Below are positions 12,651 to 26,215 of a DNA stretch of 64,000 nucleotides, one piece after another (position 1 is the stretch's first letter; every line of letters starts with the position of its first letter). Source of the stretch: Vicugna vicugna (lineage: Eukaryota); assembly GCA_013265495.1 (NCBI GenBank), contig MU058153.1:1118001-1182000 (forward strand), written 5' to 3'. The translations under genes were made by a program, and so were the position numbers. The notes under the pieces are model-generated. The model had not been told where the DNA came from and searched no databases. It saw only the letters and a list, made by a program, of their open reading frames with translations.

Positions 12651-14059
12651 ATGGAGGAGATGCAAGAATAAAATAACGTCTACTTCAAAGTATAATTAGA
12701 AGTTTCAGTAAGTTAATCTATATGAAATCACTATGAAAGTTAGCTCTTTTTCTTCATTATTCAGCTGGGTGATATAATTACGTCATAACTAAGTTTTAGA
12801 GACAATTGAATTGGTGGACTGTGAGCAACATTTCATATACAGAAGAGAGGCCATTTTTAAATCTGGCTTAAAAAAATCAGAAGAGACTGATGTGTAACTG
12901 TGGACACTGAGTTTCTATACTCAGGATAGAAGTGAGGATCAAGAGAGACGAAGAAGATGGGATGGGGCTGTCCTGCTGAAGTAATTTTTAAATGTCTGCA
13001 GGGTTGTTAAGAACAGAGCCTGATGATTCTGGGTGACTGAAAGAGTAATTGACTCTGAGTATGAGCCATGCGCTCTGGTAGTCCAGATGCCCAGGTCAGA
13101 TGCAGGGTTAAGGAGGCAGTGACTCTCCAACCTCAGATGCGAGTGCGATGTTGTCAGCTGAAGGTGTTAAGGAGCCATCAGAAGACGACTGTTGTGCCTC
13201 AGAGCCACATTCTCAGGGTGCCCGTTGCCAAATGGAGGCTGTGATGCAGCATCTTGACCAAGAAGACAGAGTGAGTGGACACTTCCTGAGCAATTTGAGA
13301 CATCCCAGCTATTCCCAGCAATAACCGCAAACGTTTTCAAGAAGTAAGTGCGCCTTTGACTCTGAGCAAGTTAGGAAGTGTCTCACCTGGCCGTTAACAA
13401 GGCCTCGTTTGCACTCTCTAGTTGGGGATGCCAAGGGTCATCCCTGCGATGCGTTGTAAACAACAGCCATTTCTTCCAGCCACCCCGGTGTGTTGCAGGT
13501 GGCTTGCCCATCTGGAGACATTAGGGACCTCTGTGGGCACTTTGAAAGCTAAACTCACTATCACTTCTCGATCCTCATCCTGCTCCTTGTAGGACATTCT
13601 TTAGGGCTTCCATTGGCTTTTCTTTATTTCCTGGGATTCCATTCTCCACGTCTTTATACTCGTAGTTGGCCCTAAGATGGTGCCATTTTACCGCTCTTCC
13701 TGAAAAATTGACTCAGTGCTCCTACCTGGCCTTCCCTTGCCTGTGTGCCCTTGGGCTGAGTGCTTTGAGCCCCTGCAATGCAGGCTACTTCAGCTCTTCC
13801 AGGTACCTGTTTTCCAAGATGAGGGGAGACTGTTGGCAGCTGACTGTTGATACAGATGTCCTGTCAGCGGGAGAGCACTTCCTCGGGTTCCCACCCACAG
13901 CCGAGCCGAACAGTGAGTGTCAGGCCTGGGTTATTTTGGGGGTCAGGGCAACCCTCGCCCCTACCAAGTTACCCCTGCATCTGAGGGGTTAGTGTTTTGC
14001 TGTTCTCTGCCCAGGCACACCGGCCATGGGAAACTCTCCTTTTCTCATGTCTGCTTTTT

Positions 14060-14310
14060 ATTCATATATGGTTCCTTCTGCCTGAATGGCCATCTCCTCA
14101 CTTCTGCTTTCAGAATCGAGTCTTTTTCTCAATCCTGGGATGACTCTCATCTTCAGGAAGCTTCTCCTGATTTTCCTCTAATGTATATAAGCTCCTTGAA
14201 TTGTCACTGCATTTCAGTGGCCGTGTCTGATCGTATCTCAAATATACTACTTTAGATGTGTTTGTGTAGATGTTCTTTCCCTCCTACTTGAAGGGTGAGC
14301 GCCTTGAAAA
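14060..14310 (+). mobile_element. L2 fragment
   Basis: gttccttctgcctgaatg...catcttcaggaagcttctcctga. Confidence 0.6.
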
Positions 14311-16099
14311 AGGCTTGAACAATAATAAGCATCACTTAGCTCTCTGAAGCCAAGAATCCCTAGGGCAGCTGAGAAATTTAATGAGGCCCCGAGGCCAGGA
14401 GCCTGGGATGCATTAGGAAAGGCTTAAGAAAAATCTTCCTGTAGACTCGAGATTTAAATTCGTCTTGGAAACACACTTTCACTTAGGGTGCTAGAGCTCA
14501 AGGTTGTGAATTTTATCATGGATCACCCGGGTGAAACCAGCAAGACAAGAAACAGCTGGTTAAATATTAGTAGGCTGCTCAAGTTATCAGTTTGATTGAT
14601 TTTGCTATTACTTTATTTGGAGGGGTAGTGGTGTTGAGAATATCTTTACAAGACCGCCTTAGGCTATGAGGAAAAGTTTGTGACCACAGACAAAAGCCTT
14701 TCAATTTGTAGCAGTTTGATAAACACATCTTATGATTATCCATAGACACCCTCTCCCCCTTTTCTTTAAATTGCCTAGAATGAGATCCGGTAAATCTAAA
14801 GAAACAGAGTCCAGGTTTTGTTACTAGCCACACACGTAAAGCAATTATTTCTCTAACAAACTATATCTCAATGCTAGAAAACCATAATTTCCAGGCTTAG
14901 GAGAAAGTTACATTTTCCTCCATGAATACATTACCAATAAAATGAATATTTGACTCGTGATTTTTTTCCATAGATCATTGGAGAAAACAACATACTTATT
15001 TATTAAAATCTATAAACCCTGAAAATAGTTTCCTTTCATCTGTAATAAACTTAAGGATTCTTTGATATATATAATTGAAGTTGCAATATCTTCCATAGTG
15101 AGAAATCAAGCTCCTTTCAGCGTAAGACATACACAGGCATTTCACAGCCTTTCGACTGGAACTACTTGAAATTAGAAATGATGGAAATGACACTCAGTCT
15201 GTACTGCGTTCCTACAACTCTCCATTCTTTACTAGTCAGGCTTGCTTCATTCTGAAACCTTTCGCTTCATACTAATGCTATCCTGGGCCCTCGTATCCAG
15301 GACCAAACAAAGACACCAAAAAATCTGGCAATTAACTGTGAGAAACTGAAGCTCTGCTAAGTGTGAGTATGACTTGGCACAATACTCTACCCACAGGTGT
15401 GTACAGGAGGGAAGAGGCGAACCCGCATTTACAGGTGCCACTATTTACCCAACTTCATTTAGTCCACAAAATGGGCTTTTAATTTAGGGATAGCTTCCTT
15501 TATTCCCTCCTTCCTTTCTTCTTTCTTTCTTTCTTGTCCATGATGTCCTCAATTTTCTCATGTAAAATGCGCCCATAAAACCAAAACCAAACATTGTGGA
15601 CGTACAGATATAAAGAAGTCAAATGTCCCATCACTCCGTATCCCCATAGTAATGTGTGCTGTTTGTCTATTTCTGCTATAGCCCCGTTTGGGAGAAGTGG
15701 TAACTGGAGCTCAGAAATGTAATTTGGCTAAGTCGTGATTTACACCAAGACTTCTTATTGCAAAGCCCACGGCAGGTGCGGGCGTGTGTGTGCGTGTGTG
15801 TGTGTCCATCCCTTTCACATTCTACAGACAAAGATGAATTCTCTTTGCCTGTTTGATAAGATTCTATGGACCCCCCCTGTTCGTTTATTTATCTGTTTAT
15901 CCATATATTCATTCTACCACTTGCTGGGTAATATATCTGAGTAAGAATTAGAAAAATAAAAGACATAAGAAGAGGGAAAATGAGGTAAATGGTTGGGAAA
16001 AGGGAGGAAAGTAACATTGGCAAAGATGAAGAGACTGAATTTCGATTAGGAAAGAAGGAGCTGAATTTGTGTTAAAACAAACTCCCATTCTAAACCCTG

Positions 16100-16415
16100 T
16101 CCTCTTAGGCACCACACGACGTCTCTTACCTCTGATGCGCCGTTTAATTGATATGTTCCCCTGAAGCCTTTCATTACTAAAGTATCGTCATAGCTCAGCC
16201 CCTCCAGAGTCACAGCCCGCTGGGCGGGGAAAGCACACTTTCTACATACCACACCCTCTCCTGGGTATCGGATGCAAAGATAAAGCAGATAAAATCCCTG
16301 ACTTTGATGTCCAAGTTCAGTAACAGGAAGCCCTCCATGACACTTGTCTGTGAGGTTTTACAGCTTCCTCAGATTATGGAAGAGTCTCAGCTGCTGTAAA
16401 CAGTATTTAAGGCCG
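16100..16415. promoter_or_regulatory. Candidate enhancer (RUNX/GATA/ETS/GC-box/FOX cluster)
   Basis: ACCACA at 16111 and 16248; AGATAA at 16278 and 16287; CAGGAAG 16324; GGGCGGGG 16222; CAGCTG 16388; GTAAACA 16396; locally retained CpGs. Confidence 0.45.
16130..16260 (-). other. Candidate 131-nt minus-strand exon
   Basis: Acceptor ttttatctgctttatctttgcatccgatacccag| and donor GAG|GTAAGA; one frame open throughout. Confidence 0.3.
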
Positions 16416-16869
16416 CATCTAAGATGTAGACTGTGTTCTTGTCTGTGTCCCTATTTCTTTATCCCATCCCTGCATTTCTTTCGTCTTCACTCTACGGAGC
16501 TTGAACTGATTCTGGCACCTCTGAAATACAGATGTGGAGAGACCAATAGGAAGAGAAGGATGTCTGCATGGGGAACATCAGGGAGCAATCCCATCAGTCC
16601 TCCTTCTCGACCCCAGCAACTCCTCAGAAGCTTTGAGTCAGTTCCCTGGGTCACACAGGGCTCTCATGGGCAGTCAGCACGTGTGATTTTGCAGACGTTC
16701 TTTTAAGCAATTCAAGAATATGTCTCCAGCCCAAAAGATCGCACAAAACATTTCACTTCTGAGTCTGGACCAGCCTTTTCAAAAACAGTTACCGAATTTT
16801 TAATTCATTCTCCAGTATACCGCTATATTTTCCTTGAATACAAATTAATTTAACAAATATTTTTCCAGA

Positions 16870-17075
16870 GGCATAAGGTGGTAAGGACAGCAGACTAATT
16901 AAAGTCAGTAGTCCTGGAGTACAGATCTAAGGCTGCCACTGACTCTGTGACTTTGGCCGAGTCACGTAACTTCTCTGAACCTCAATTTTCTCTTTGTTGA
17001 AATGGTGCCAATAATACCCCCCTCAAGTGGTTGTCATGAACATTCAATAAAATAACATTTGACAAGATAGTTTTG
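16870..17075 (+). mobile_element. MIR SINE
   Basis: Core ctgtgactttggccgagtcacgtaacttctctgaacctcaattttctc. Confidence 0.85.
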
Positions 17076-18319
17076 TGTTAAGTACTAGTTGTGGATTATA
17101 GCCATATGTCACTCGCTGTATCTGCCAATAAGATCATTACAAGATTCCCTGAAACCCAAAGGAATTACTTTTGGGGGAGAATATGCTTTATGTGCATAAC
17201 GTAATTGGCAAACAATAGACAACGGACATAGTTAAGTGATTCCATGCTAATTAAATTACTTCAGATCCCAGACAATACTTCCGGAATGCGATTCCAAGTA
17301 GACATGTCTGTAATTCCACTTTGCCAAGGCTGCATTGTTATATTCTCTGCTTAATACTCAGGCAATCCTTTATGCGTTACAGAAAATCAAGGTGGAGTAA
17401 AAGAAGGAGAGAAAGAAAGAAAGAGAGCCTGAAAGCTTTCTCAAGTCTCCCATATGCAAACACCTTGATGCAGCATCAGGGGAAACAGCAAAAGAGCAAG
17501 AGATCCCAGGGTAACGCTATAATCACCTTTCCCATTTTGCAGCCATATGTCTGTCACAATATTGAGCCATCGCATATTGAGAGTATTAGTGTGACATCTT
17601 CATCAGTGTCGCACTGACTCTAACCCAAAACAGCTCCACCAATTACTGGGGCACCACTCTCGCTCCATCTTGCTTATCTCTGGTAGCTTAAGAGTATCCG
17701 TGCGCTCCGTGCTGGACACATCCCCAGTGTGATTCAATGTCGGTGGGCGTCAGCCAACACTCGGCCCATGTAAGAAGCCCGGTCAGCCTCATCCCCATTT
17801 TTAACTGTGATGAGAGCCCAGAACAGAGCATCAGAAAGGCGGAGGGCAGTCCAGCTCGTTTCAGAGAGTAAAAGCTGAAGCCGCTTTCTCCTCGCAGCGG
17901 AAGGAAGGACGACACATCAGACGTTCACAAGATGGATTAGGAAAGTCAGGAAACTCCCATTATTCTCTAGAGGAAGCGCAGTAAATTCTTTTCTCTCCTT
18001 TTAAAGAGCTTATATTTAATTTTTAAAATACCATTATTGTTTTGCATTAGGAAATATTCATAGGAATGAAGTTTCTTTTAAATTTCTGTTTCAGAAACTG
18101 TGCCCCTGGGGAGAATGAGTGAGTTACAGAGGTATAAAGCACATTTCATATCATAAATACAAAGTGAAATAGATGAGCATTGTGGGGAGCTTTGGGAATG
18201 TTAAGATCACTGATGCTTTGGTCACTGAAGCCAGCGTCCACTTTAGATTCTGAAAGACAAGCTGCCAAAATACTGAATGTGGGTGTATTTTGAGGGAAGT
18301 AATGATAGAGGATCTACTG

Positions 18320-18570
18320 GCAACGGAGTCACAACACTGAGATGTTATTCTGTCGCTGCTCTGAAGTCAGAACCCCAGATGCACCACTTTTGTGTTGAGT
18401 GACTGCAGACAACGTATTTAACCTTTCTGAAATGCAGTATTACGAACTGCCAAGTGGCGGTAATGAGAGAACACACTTTATACAGCATTGTTCTGATCAA
18501 GTAGAGTAACTACATGAAATGTTTACAATGCTTGCTGCATAGTAAGCTGCAGTGAACACGAGCTAGTTGT
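18320..18570 (+). mobile_element. MIR SINE
   Basis: Core gtgactgcagacaacgtatttaacctttctgaaatgcagt; tail gcatagtaagctgcagtgaac. Confidence 0.75.
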
Positions 18571-20229
18571 AAAAGTGGTACTCGTGGTAACCTGACTATG
18601 AAAACAAAACAAACAAATAACAAGTAATAAAAGCGAGAGAATGTCTTAAAACCCTGGAGCTTCACATCATAGATGATCTTAGTGAGTTGTCTGGTTTTTT
18701 TTTTTTTTCCTTTGTGGTCCTTGAATTTGTCCTTTTTTGAAAAAAAAAAAGTTCATGAGATTTTCTTCAATGTGGTTTTGACTTTGTCCAAATATAAGAA
18801 TTTTCTTAAGAACAATGCATCATAAAATTCACAAAGCCTACAACCAGAGGTTAAAAAAAGGACAATAAACTTTGCTTCAAAATGACACATGAGAGATGTC
18901 GATAATTTCAATATTGAGGAAGCACTTTAGAGAAGACCTAATTTGAAACCTGATATATCCTCATCAAATATAGTAATTGAATGTTGAAACACGCTCTGTG
19001 TCTGTCTCTATCTCTGTATCTCTGTGGATGGTGATGTAAGCTCTGTCTCTATCTGGTCAAAGATGTTTGTGTTAAGTAGAATTAAAGGCAAACGCTTTCA
19101 CATTCTTAACCTCCGTAATCGAAGCTGCCGGGAGTTGTAGATGATTCAGGCTGACATGAAAAGGATCAATGAGGTCAATACCATTCCATTTGCATGTGGT
19201 TGAGAAATCTGTACCCTGTCAAATGCCCATACTCAGCGTTCCCAACCGAAGCCGTAGTGACACAGGCGAGGGACTTAGAGTGCATGACGCAAAGTGAATC
19301 CATTCTTGTCACCAGAAGGGGTATTTCCTGAAGCATGCCTCCGTGGGCGCCTATCACTGTCTTTTTACAAATGACTTCAAAAGACAACCACATGCCTTAG
19401 TTTGGAGAAAAAAGGTTGAATTAGGTAGGGCACAGGGAAAGACACTTAGATAGTAAAAGCCACATTATATGATAAACCCAACCTGGGCAGTTGCAGGATA
19501 TTTGGTCCAGGGCATCGGAATCTTTTTCTGTAAGCATTTGGTTGGGATGCTTACAAAGGAGCCAGCAGACCTTTACAAACAATATTTGAGAAAAGTGGAT
19601 AGCTACCAGAAACAGTTTATTTTCAATAGGGTGAAGAGCCAACTGTCAATAACAGTATTTGAATGACTAATTGTTATTATCAGCAGACTGAAATCAGAAC
19701 CAATTTTCACACTGTCATATAAAAATCAACTTTTAAACATTTCTCTGAAGTTAATAACAAAGGACAAAGATGGTTTAATTATAACTTGCTAAAGGATATA
19801 TTATAAGTTGGACAAAAGATGAGAGCTCAGATTTTTTTGTTTGTTTGTTTGTATTTTTTACCACAACAGGCCAAAGTTTATTTAAGATCACAAGTGAAAT
19901 AAAAGTGGTATTTCATACCGACAACTGAGGAAATACAAGATTTTCTACTTTATATAAACAGACAAATAAAGACAAATACATTGTATTAACTCAAGACTCA
20001 AATTTTCAGACTCCATCAAATTCAGTGGAAATATCTCAGATTTGTCTAGGGATCTTATATCTTCTGATTAGACCTAGGTTTTTTTTTTTTTTTCTTACTA
20101 GATATCTGGAAAATAGCAGTATAAATACATCGGCCTTGCAGAGACTTCTGAAATAGTAAATCTACTTCATACTGGTTTTCAGTTAGATCAGCAATGTGTT
20201 GCTAAAGATACGTGAACTCAACACTTAAC

Positions 20230-20630
20230 AATGTACATAGCACAGTTACAAAGATTGGCAAAATCACTGTGAAGTAGGTAGTAGCAGGACCTCCAATTTA
20301 TATATAAGAAAAATCAGGCATGATTAAGTGATTTCCCCATGGGTCTTATAACCTAAAAGGGGCTGAGTTAGGTCTTGATCTCTCCTCTTTGGACTCTATG
20401 TTCTATAATCTTTTCTAATATCATGCAGTGCCTCTCACATGTTTGCCGTAAAACTAGCCCTCAGTTTAAAATCACTATTTCATTCACAAAATTTTGCATT
20501 TGCTTAAGAGCTTTATAATTTTCGAGTGCCATTATGTCCATTAGCAGATTTGATACTCAAATCTTCCTAGACAGGTTTGGAACCTCTGTTTTACAGTTAA
20601 GGAAATTAAGACCCAGTAAGGCACCAGATA
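20230..20630 (-). mobile_element. Two MIR fragments
   Basis: ctgtgaagtaggt...ttaagtgatttcccca and ctgttttacagttaaggaaattaagacccag. Confidence 0.65.
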
Positions 20631-21267
20631 GTTCCTGAAGACCAATTTGGGACATCATTACAAAAGGACATGGCTCTATGTCCATTGCTGCTTCTGTGAC
20701 AGAAAAGAAAACTGAAGCTTTTCTATAGGAGGAATAATTGTCCAGAAGGATGAAATTCTGAAAAGCAGTGTGAATTTAGAGGAATGTTTCTTCATGTTTG
20801 AGTTTCTGAACATCTAAGTGCTTGAATGGCAGCACAGAGGCGGAGGAGAAATTGTATTCTCTTGAGTGTACGTGCTCCCTAGAGAGGCAATCACAGCTGG
20901 CTCCAATCAATCAGAAACACCAAAAGGCCGACTCTTCTTCATGCGCCATCTGGAAGGAGGTCTTAGGATCAGAGTGCAGCTTCCTCTCTAGGCAAAGGCA
21001 GCTCACGATGTAATTTCCACCCACCCACCCCAAGCAGTTTAGCCAGAATTTTATTCCCAAAGTGCAAAATCCTTTAAAAATTATATTTTGCAAAATGAGA
21101 CATACTGAAGACTCACTTCATTCCAAAATCAGACACTCATTTTTACAATGCTTGCTAAACACACATGAAAGACATTCACTGTGGACTCCCATAGCTTCCA
21201 GTATTGAACATTATAATCTGTCTTTTAATATCAAGCTATTTCTCCGCTGCCGCCTCATTTAATTAAT

Positions 21268-21269
<2 letters not shown>

Positions 21270-21307
<38 letters not shown>
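21270..21307. repeat. (CT)18 microsatellite
   Basis: Directly visible. Confidence 0.97.
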
Positions 21308-21310
<3 letters not shown>

Positions 21311-22044
21311 CGCTCTCTTCCTCCCTCCCTGCAAAGAGCTTGCTCCTAAAGGGAAATATATGTTGCTTATCATTCTGTGTTACTGTAAGGATTCCTCTGA
21401 GGATAAAATGTTACCCACAGGGTGATATCTACATTTGTTTCGCCATTTGCAGACCCACCCTACAATGTGGCCAGAGTAAAAAAGCAGAGATGATATTTTA
21501 AATTTGAAAGGAAAAAAAAAAGGAAACCTTGAATTACGTGGCAGATAAATGATTAAGAAATGGAACGTGGTGTCAGACCTAAGAGACTTAAAGCAGGGAA
21601 GACATAGAACTGAGAAAGGAGGGAAGAAGCATTCGTGTTTCGTGAAGAAGGGGAAACTGTTTCTGCTTTATCTTTTGCAAACTGAGAGGCGTGTCACTTA
21701 CGCCGGGGTGGCACTTAGGTGGAGAGCGCCTGGGCTGGCTTGAGGAGGAAGAAGCATTCTCCTGAGAAGGCTTTAGGCGGAAAGTGATCTCGAATTGCTG
21801 TTGTTTAAACAGCATGATTCTGGCACAACTAAGCTAGAAGCAAGAGAAGGAATTAGCATATGTGGATCTGGACGGCGACTATCAGGGCGATGTGTGAAGC
21901 TTGTGAGAACTGGGCAAAAGTTTTAGCAGCTAGATGTTACAGGTGTACAAGTCTTAGCATTTCCTTCTTACATAATGCTTCCTGCCTGTTGCAGTGACTG
22001 GGGAACAACATAAAAGGATTGCTCAGCACTGGGCAAAGAGGAGA

Positions 22045-22810
22045 TATTCATTTATTGGTTCATTCACTCCTTTGTTAAATGTTTATCGAAAGCCTATGAT
22101 ATGTCAAGCCCATTTATTCAGGATTCAACAGCCAACAAATGTTCCTGTAGAGTTTCTTTGAGTAGGTGGACACAGAAGTAAATAAGAAAAAAAGAATACA
22201 TAGGGTTTGAGGGCAGTAAGTGCTAAAGAAAAACAATAAATGAAACAGGAAAAGAAAGTAGGGGGTATCTTTGGGTTGCAATTTTTGATAGAATGGCCAA
22301 GAAAAGCGTCACTGAAAAGATGGTGTTTGAGTAAAGACAAGAGAAAGGTGAGGAAGCAAGCTATGAAGTCTAGGAAATGCACTTGCAGCAGAGGGAGCAG
22401 GAAGGAGGCTAGTGGGTTTGAAGAGCGAGCAGAGAGCAGTGTTATCAGAAGATGAGTTCACAGAGGATGTGGGTGGCAAAGGGTAGGGGGAGGAGAAAAC
22501 CATGTGGGGTCTTGGGCTCCTCGGTAAAGCACTTAGAATTTTTATTCTGCGTGAAAAAAGAAAGACCGTTATGTAAGTTTGAGCAGAGGACGGAAACAAT
22601 CCAACTTATGGTTTAATGGACTCGCTTTGTCTGCTCGTTTGAGATAAGACTGGGTAAGGGGAAATGAAGAAGACATGAGGAGACTGCTAAGACTACTAGG
22701 GAGACTATTGAGCTAATCCACATAAAAAGATGCTGAGTTTGAGTAAGTGGAGGTGCAGAGAGTTGTCATAGTCTGGAGAATTTTTGAAGGTAGAGGTGCC
22801 TGGATTTATT
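22045..22810 (-). mobile_element. L2 LINE 3' portion
   Basis: ttcattcactcctttgttaaatgtttatcgaaagcctatga (reverse complement of the L2 tail), followed by L2 body. Confidence 0.85.
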
Positions 22811-23096
22811 TTACACAGAATAGCAAGTCACTTTGGCTCGACTACTTTAACTATTTGGAATACAATGGGCAAGGAGGTTAGGAAAAAATTTTTTTAATTG
22901 TAACAGGAAATTATATGGTATACAGTAGCTCCAGATGTTACAGAGTACTATGAAAAATATATGATAGCAAAACTTGGCCAGTTATTTTAATGAAAATTGA
23001 ATATAATATAACACTGGTTTTTATCTATATGGCATGGGCTATGACTACATTAAAATTTTAGCCACGTGACCTGAAGTGTCTTATTTAAAATGCTTG

Positions 23097-23221
23097 TGGG
23101 TGGAGAGGGTTTAGCTCAGCGGTAGAGTGTGTGCTTCGCATGCACAAGGTCCTGGGTTCAATCCCCAGTACCTCTGTTAATAAATAAATAAACCTAATTA
23201 CCACCCCCCCAATTTTTTTTT
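23097..23221 (+). mobile_element. Vic-1-like tRNA-Ala-derived SINE
   Basis: A-box tagctcagcgg; B-box ggttcaatccc; tail aataaataaacctaattacc; 9-bp TSD aaatgcttg at 23088-23096 and 23222-23230. Confidence 0.92.
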
Positions 23222-25444
23222 AAATGCTTGCTTTTGTTATCTGGAAAAAAGAGCAATCATACCAATGTCAGAATATTTTTCTAAATATTCTGTGATCTGA
23301 GTTGCTTATTGCAATGTTTGGAGTCTAGTGAATGCTGAGTAAATATTATTATCCATTCCATTAAGCTTACAACGGACTTGGGCATTTGTTGAGTTTAGGC
23401 AGTAATCAATGAGCTTGAAGACCTCGTATTAGAGTCAACAAAAAACAAGAAACAAACACTGGACTTGAAATTAAAAGACCTATGTTCAACTGTGGTGGTC
23501 ATTTACCTCACCTTATGGTTTGTAGATATTAAGGTTAATTCAGGTCTCATAACTTCAGTCCACCACTTTTTCTATTATGCTCACATTTCTCAGGAACAGA
23601 GGTTGCACTGTACCCAGCAGGATCCCAAACCCTGCATCCCAACGAAATTTATTCTTCACTACTCAGGAATCTTTGGGTCTGACCAAGTCAGTCAGAGTTG
23701 GTGTTTGTAAATCTTGTTGGTACGTCATTAGAGAGATAAACTGGAGACTCAGAAGCTATCAAAGGAAAAGCCATTTGGGACACATCCAGACTAGTTTGTG
23801 TCACTAAACGAATTCTCAAGTTACCAGGATTATTTTGGGGGGAAGGATTCTGAGAATACAATTATTACCAAATTGGGAGATTTTGTTTTGAACATAAACT
23901 GCTACAGACGAGCAATAAAGAAAAACAAAAATACTGTCCTCAGATAGTTTTTAATCTAGTTGGAATTAGTGATGGGAGAATAAGTGAACTGGAATCTAAT
24001 TCAAACGTATTCATTAAGGCAATTTCTTTTTAACAAAATTTTATAACACTCTCTATATCATTATAGTAATCTGAAGTGAAGCAAATATCTTACAGTGATT
24101 GCAGAGTAGAAGTTTGGAAACTGTATGATAATAGAACATTTTTCCCATTCTCTGTTCAAAATTGGGGTGCATTGACCAGAATAGTAGCCAGCTTTCTAGG
24201 TACTGTTTATTTTTGAATGAATGAACAAATTTAAATTTGCATATTCAAATGGATTTTGGTACACTGAAATGTAGAAAAACAAAATTTTTGCCTCCTGGAA
24301 GATGTTCCAATGTGATACTGGAAAATTTAAAGGAATTTTTCATTTCATAGAGTCTTTTACCATTTTAAAGCAGTTGTGTTTAATTTGTTAGTTTCTATAA
24401 TGTAGAGAGCTATGATAAATGATTTTTCATTTTCTCTGTTGGGGTAGGAGGAGGGTTCCCATGCTATTGTTGAAAAATGGAACCTCTCATGAAGAAATAC
24501 ATTCTCATGTGGTCCCTGGCCAGCATTTCCAGGGAGGACGTGACCTCCTGTTATGAAGAGATAACACTTGTGAGGTACCCATGCTCAGTTTGTTACTCGA
24601 AAGCCAGGACATCATTAAAAAACAGGCTGGCACCTCAGTAGGTTTTCTTGAGTAAGTGGAGTGTTCCTATAGCCTTCAGTTAGCAGGAGAAATTAATTTT
24701 GTTAATCAGAAATCAAAGCTTTGATACTTGGCACCACTACAAATAAAGATGGTGAATTCCAAAATAATATTACTTCATGGATCTTAGGAGTTACTTTAGG
24801 GATTCATTCCAAACTTCTGTTAGAATCTAAGGGACAGGCAAGAAAATTAGTGCAAACCAAGAAATTTATTTCTGTGACTGGGTAATTAAGCAAAGAAAAT
24901 TAGGTCAAAGAGATTCCCTATTGTTGGAACAACATCAAGAAGATCATTTAAACTTAAAATAGAGAGCGGTTTCTATGCCTCAGAATTTTCTGAATTGTCT
25001 CTCCCTGTAACTCCTTTTCTATGAAATGTCAATAGATGCTTTCTTTAGAAAAAGGTTTTTGAGGTTAAGAAATGTTGCCACCTGTTAGTTGAATAATATC
25101 TACAATTATTTTTAGCTGAAGAATCTCTCTGGATCTCTGGTAGACCACATAGTAGGAAAGCATATCCACTGTATTTGACAATGGAACCCTTTTTTTTTTA
25201 ATTATTGCTCTTAATATTAGACAGAATCTGGTATCCTTTCAAGACAGTTTGGGAAAAACAAATCTCCTTGTTAATTGGTTTATTTCAGTAAAAGTTAAGT
25301 GTTTCTCCAAAATGATTTGGTTTGATTAAATGGCTGTAACTGGTGGCCTGGTATAGACATTACCTGAGTGTATCCTGTATTCCTTCAAAGGGGACAGATT
25401 TCTGTTTAAATACTTCAAGAAGTATTTTATGTGTGTCATATTAC

Positions 25445-25620
25445 AACTGCTTATTGAGAACTTTCTATATACCGGGTCCCATGATAAGTGCTTCACATTT
25501 CCTCACTCAGTTGATTTTTTAAATTTTAATTCATCCGACAACACTGTGAGGTAAACGCAATTATTATCACTACTTTATGGATGAGAAAACTGAAACAAAA
25601 TTTATGTGCCTTTCACAACA
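25445..25620 (-). mobile_element. MIR SINE
   Basis: acaacactgtgaggtaaacgcaattattatcactactttatggatgagaaaactga. Confidence 0.8.
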
Positions 25621-26029
25621 CACACAGTACAAACATGGGCACATCGAGCCATTGTTTCAGCTGAAAACAACTTAGTGACCGTTTTCTCCAACTCATTTCA
25701 TAAATGAGGAAACGGGGATTTGTCTCTTTTTAGCTAACTAACAAGATCCTGGCAGATCTTGGCAGATCCTGAAATAGAATATAAAGCTCTTGCAGAATTT
25801 GATGCCATAAACTAGATATGTCAGTAAATGTCCATAAAATAAACTTTACAAACTTATAGTCATCCTCTCATGTTTAAAGATTGGGTGAAGGAAATTAAAA
25901 ATGGTAGGTATGTGTGTGGATTTTTTTTTAATGTGAGTTTTAACAGGTAGATCTTCCCCATAGGGAGTTTATTATTTTTGCTACCTGATTATTGAAATAT
26001 TTGATAAAAATAGTCACCACTAGGATTTT

Positions 26030-26215
26030 ACTAGCCATAGTAAAGTTATTCATTAGCTAAGCATATTAAAGTTGCTCTAAAATACAGTTATTATGGTTAC
26101 ACTATTTTACAAATAAGAAAACAAGATTGATACTAAGTCCTTTGCCTAAAATCTCATACTGAGAAAGCAGGGGAGCTGGGGCTTAAACCCAATGCTCTTC
26201 TCATTCTGATTACTG
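26030..26215 (-). mobile_element. MIR SINE
   Basis: ctattttacaaataagaaaac...gagctggggcttaaaccca. Confidence 0.65.

Noticed and set aside
20943..20957. CTCF-like site (minus strand cttccagatggcgc)
   Set aside because: Mismatch at the near-invariant second C of the core
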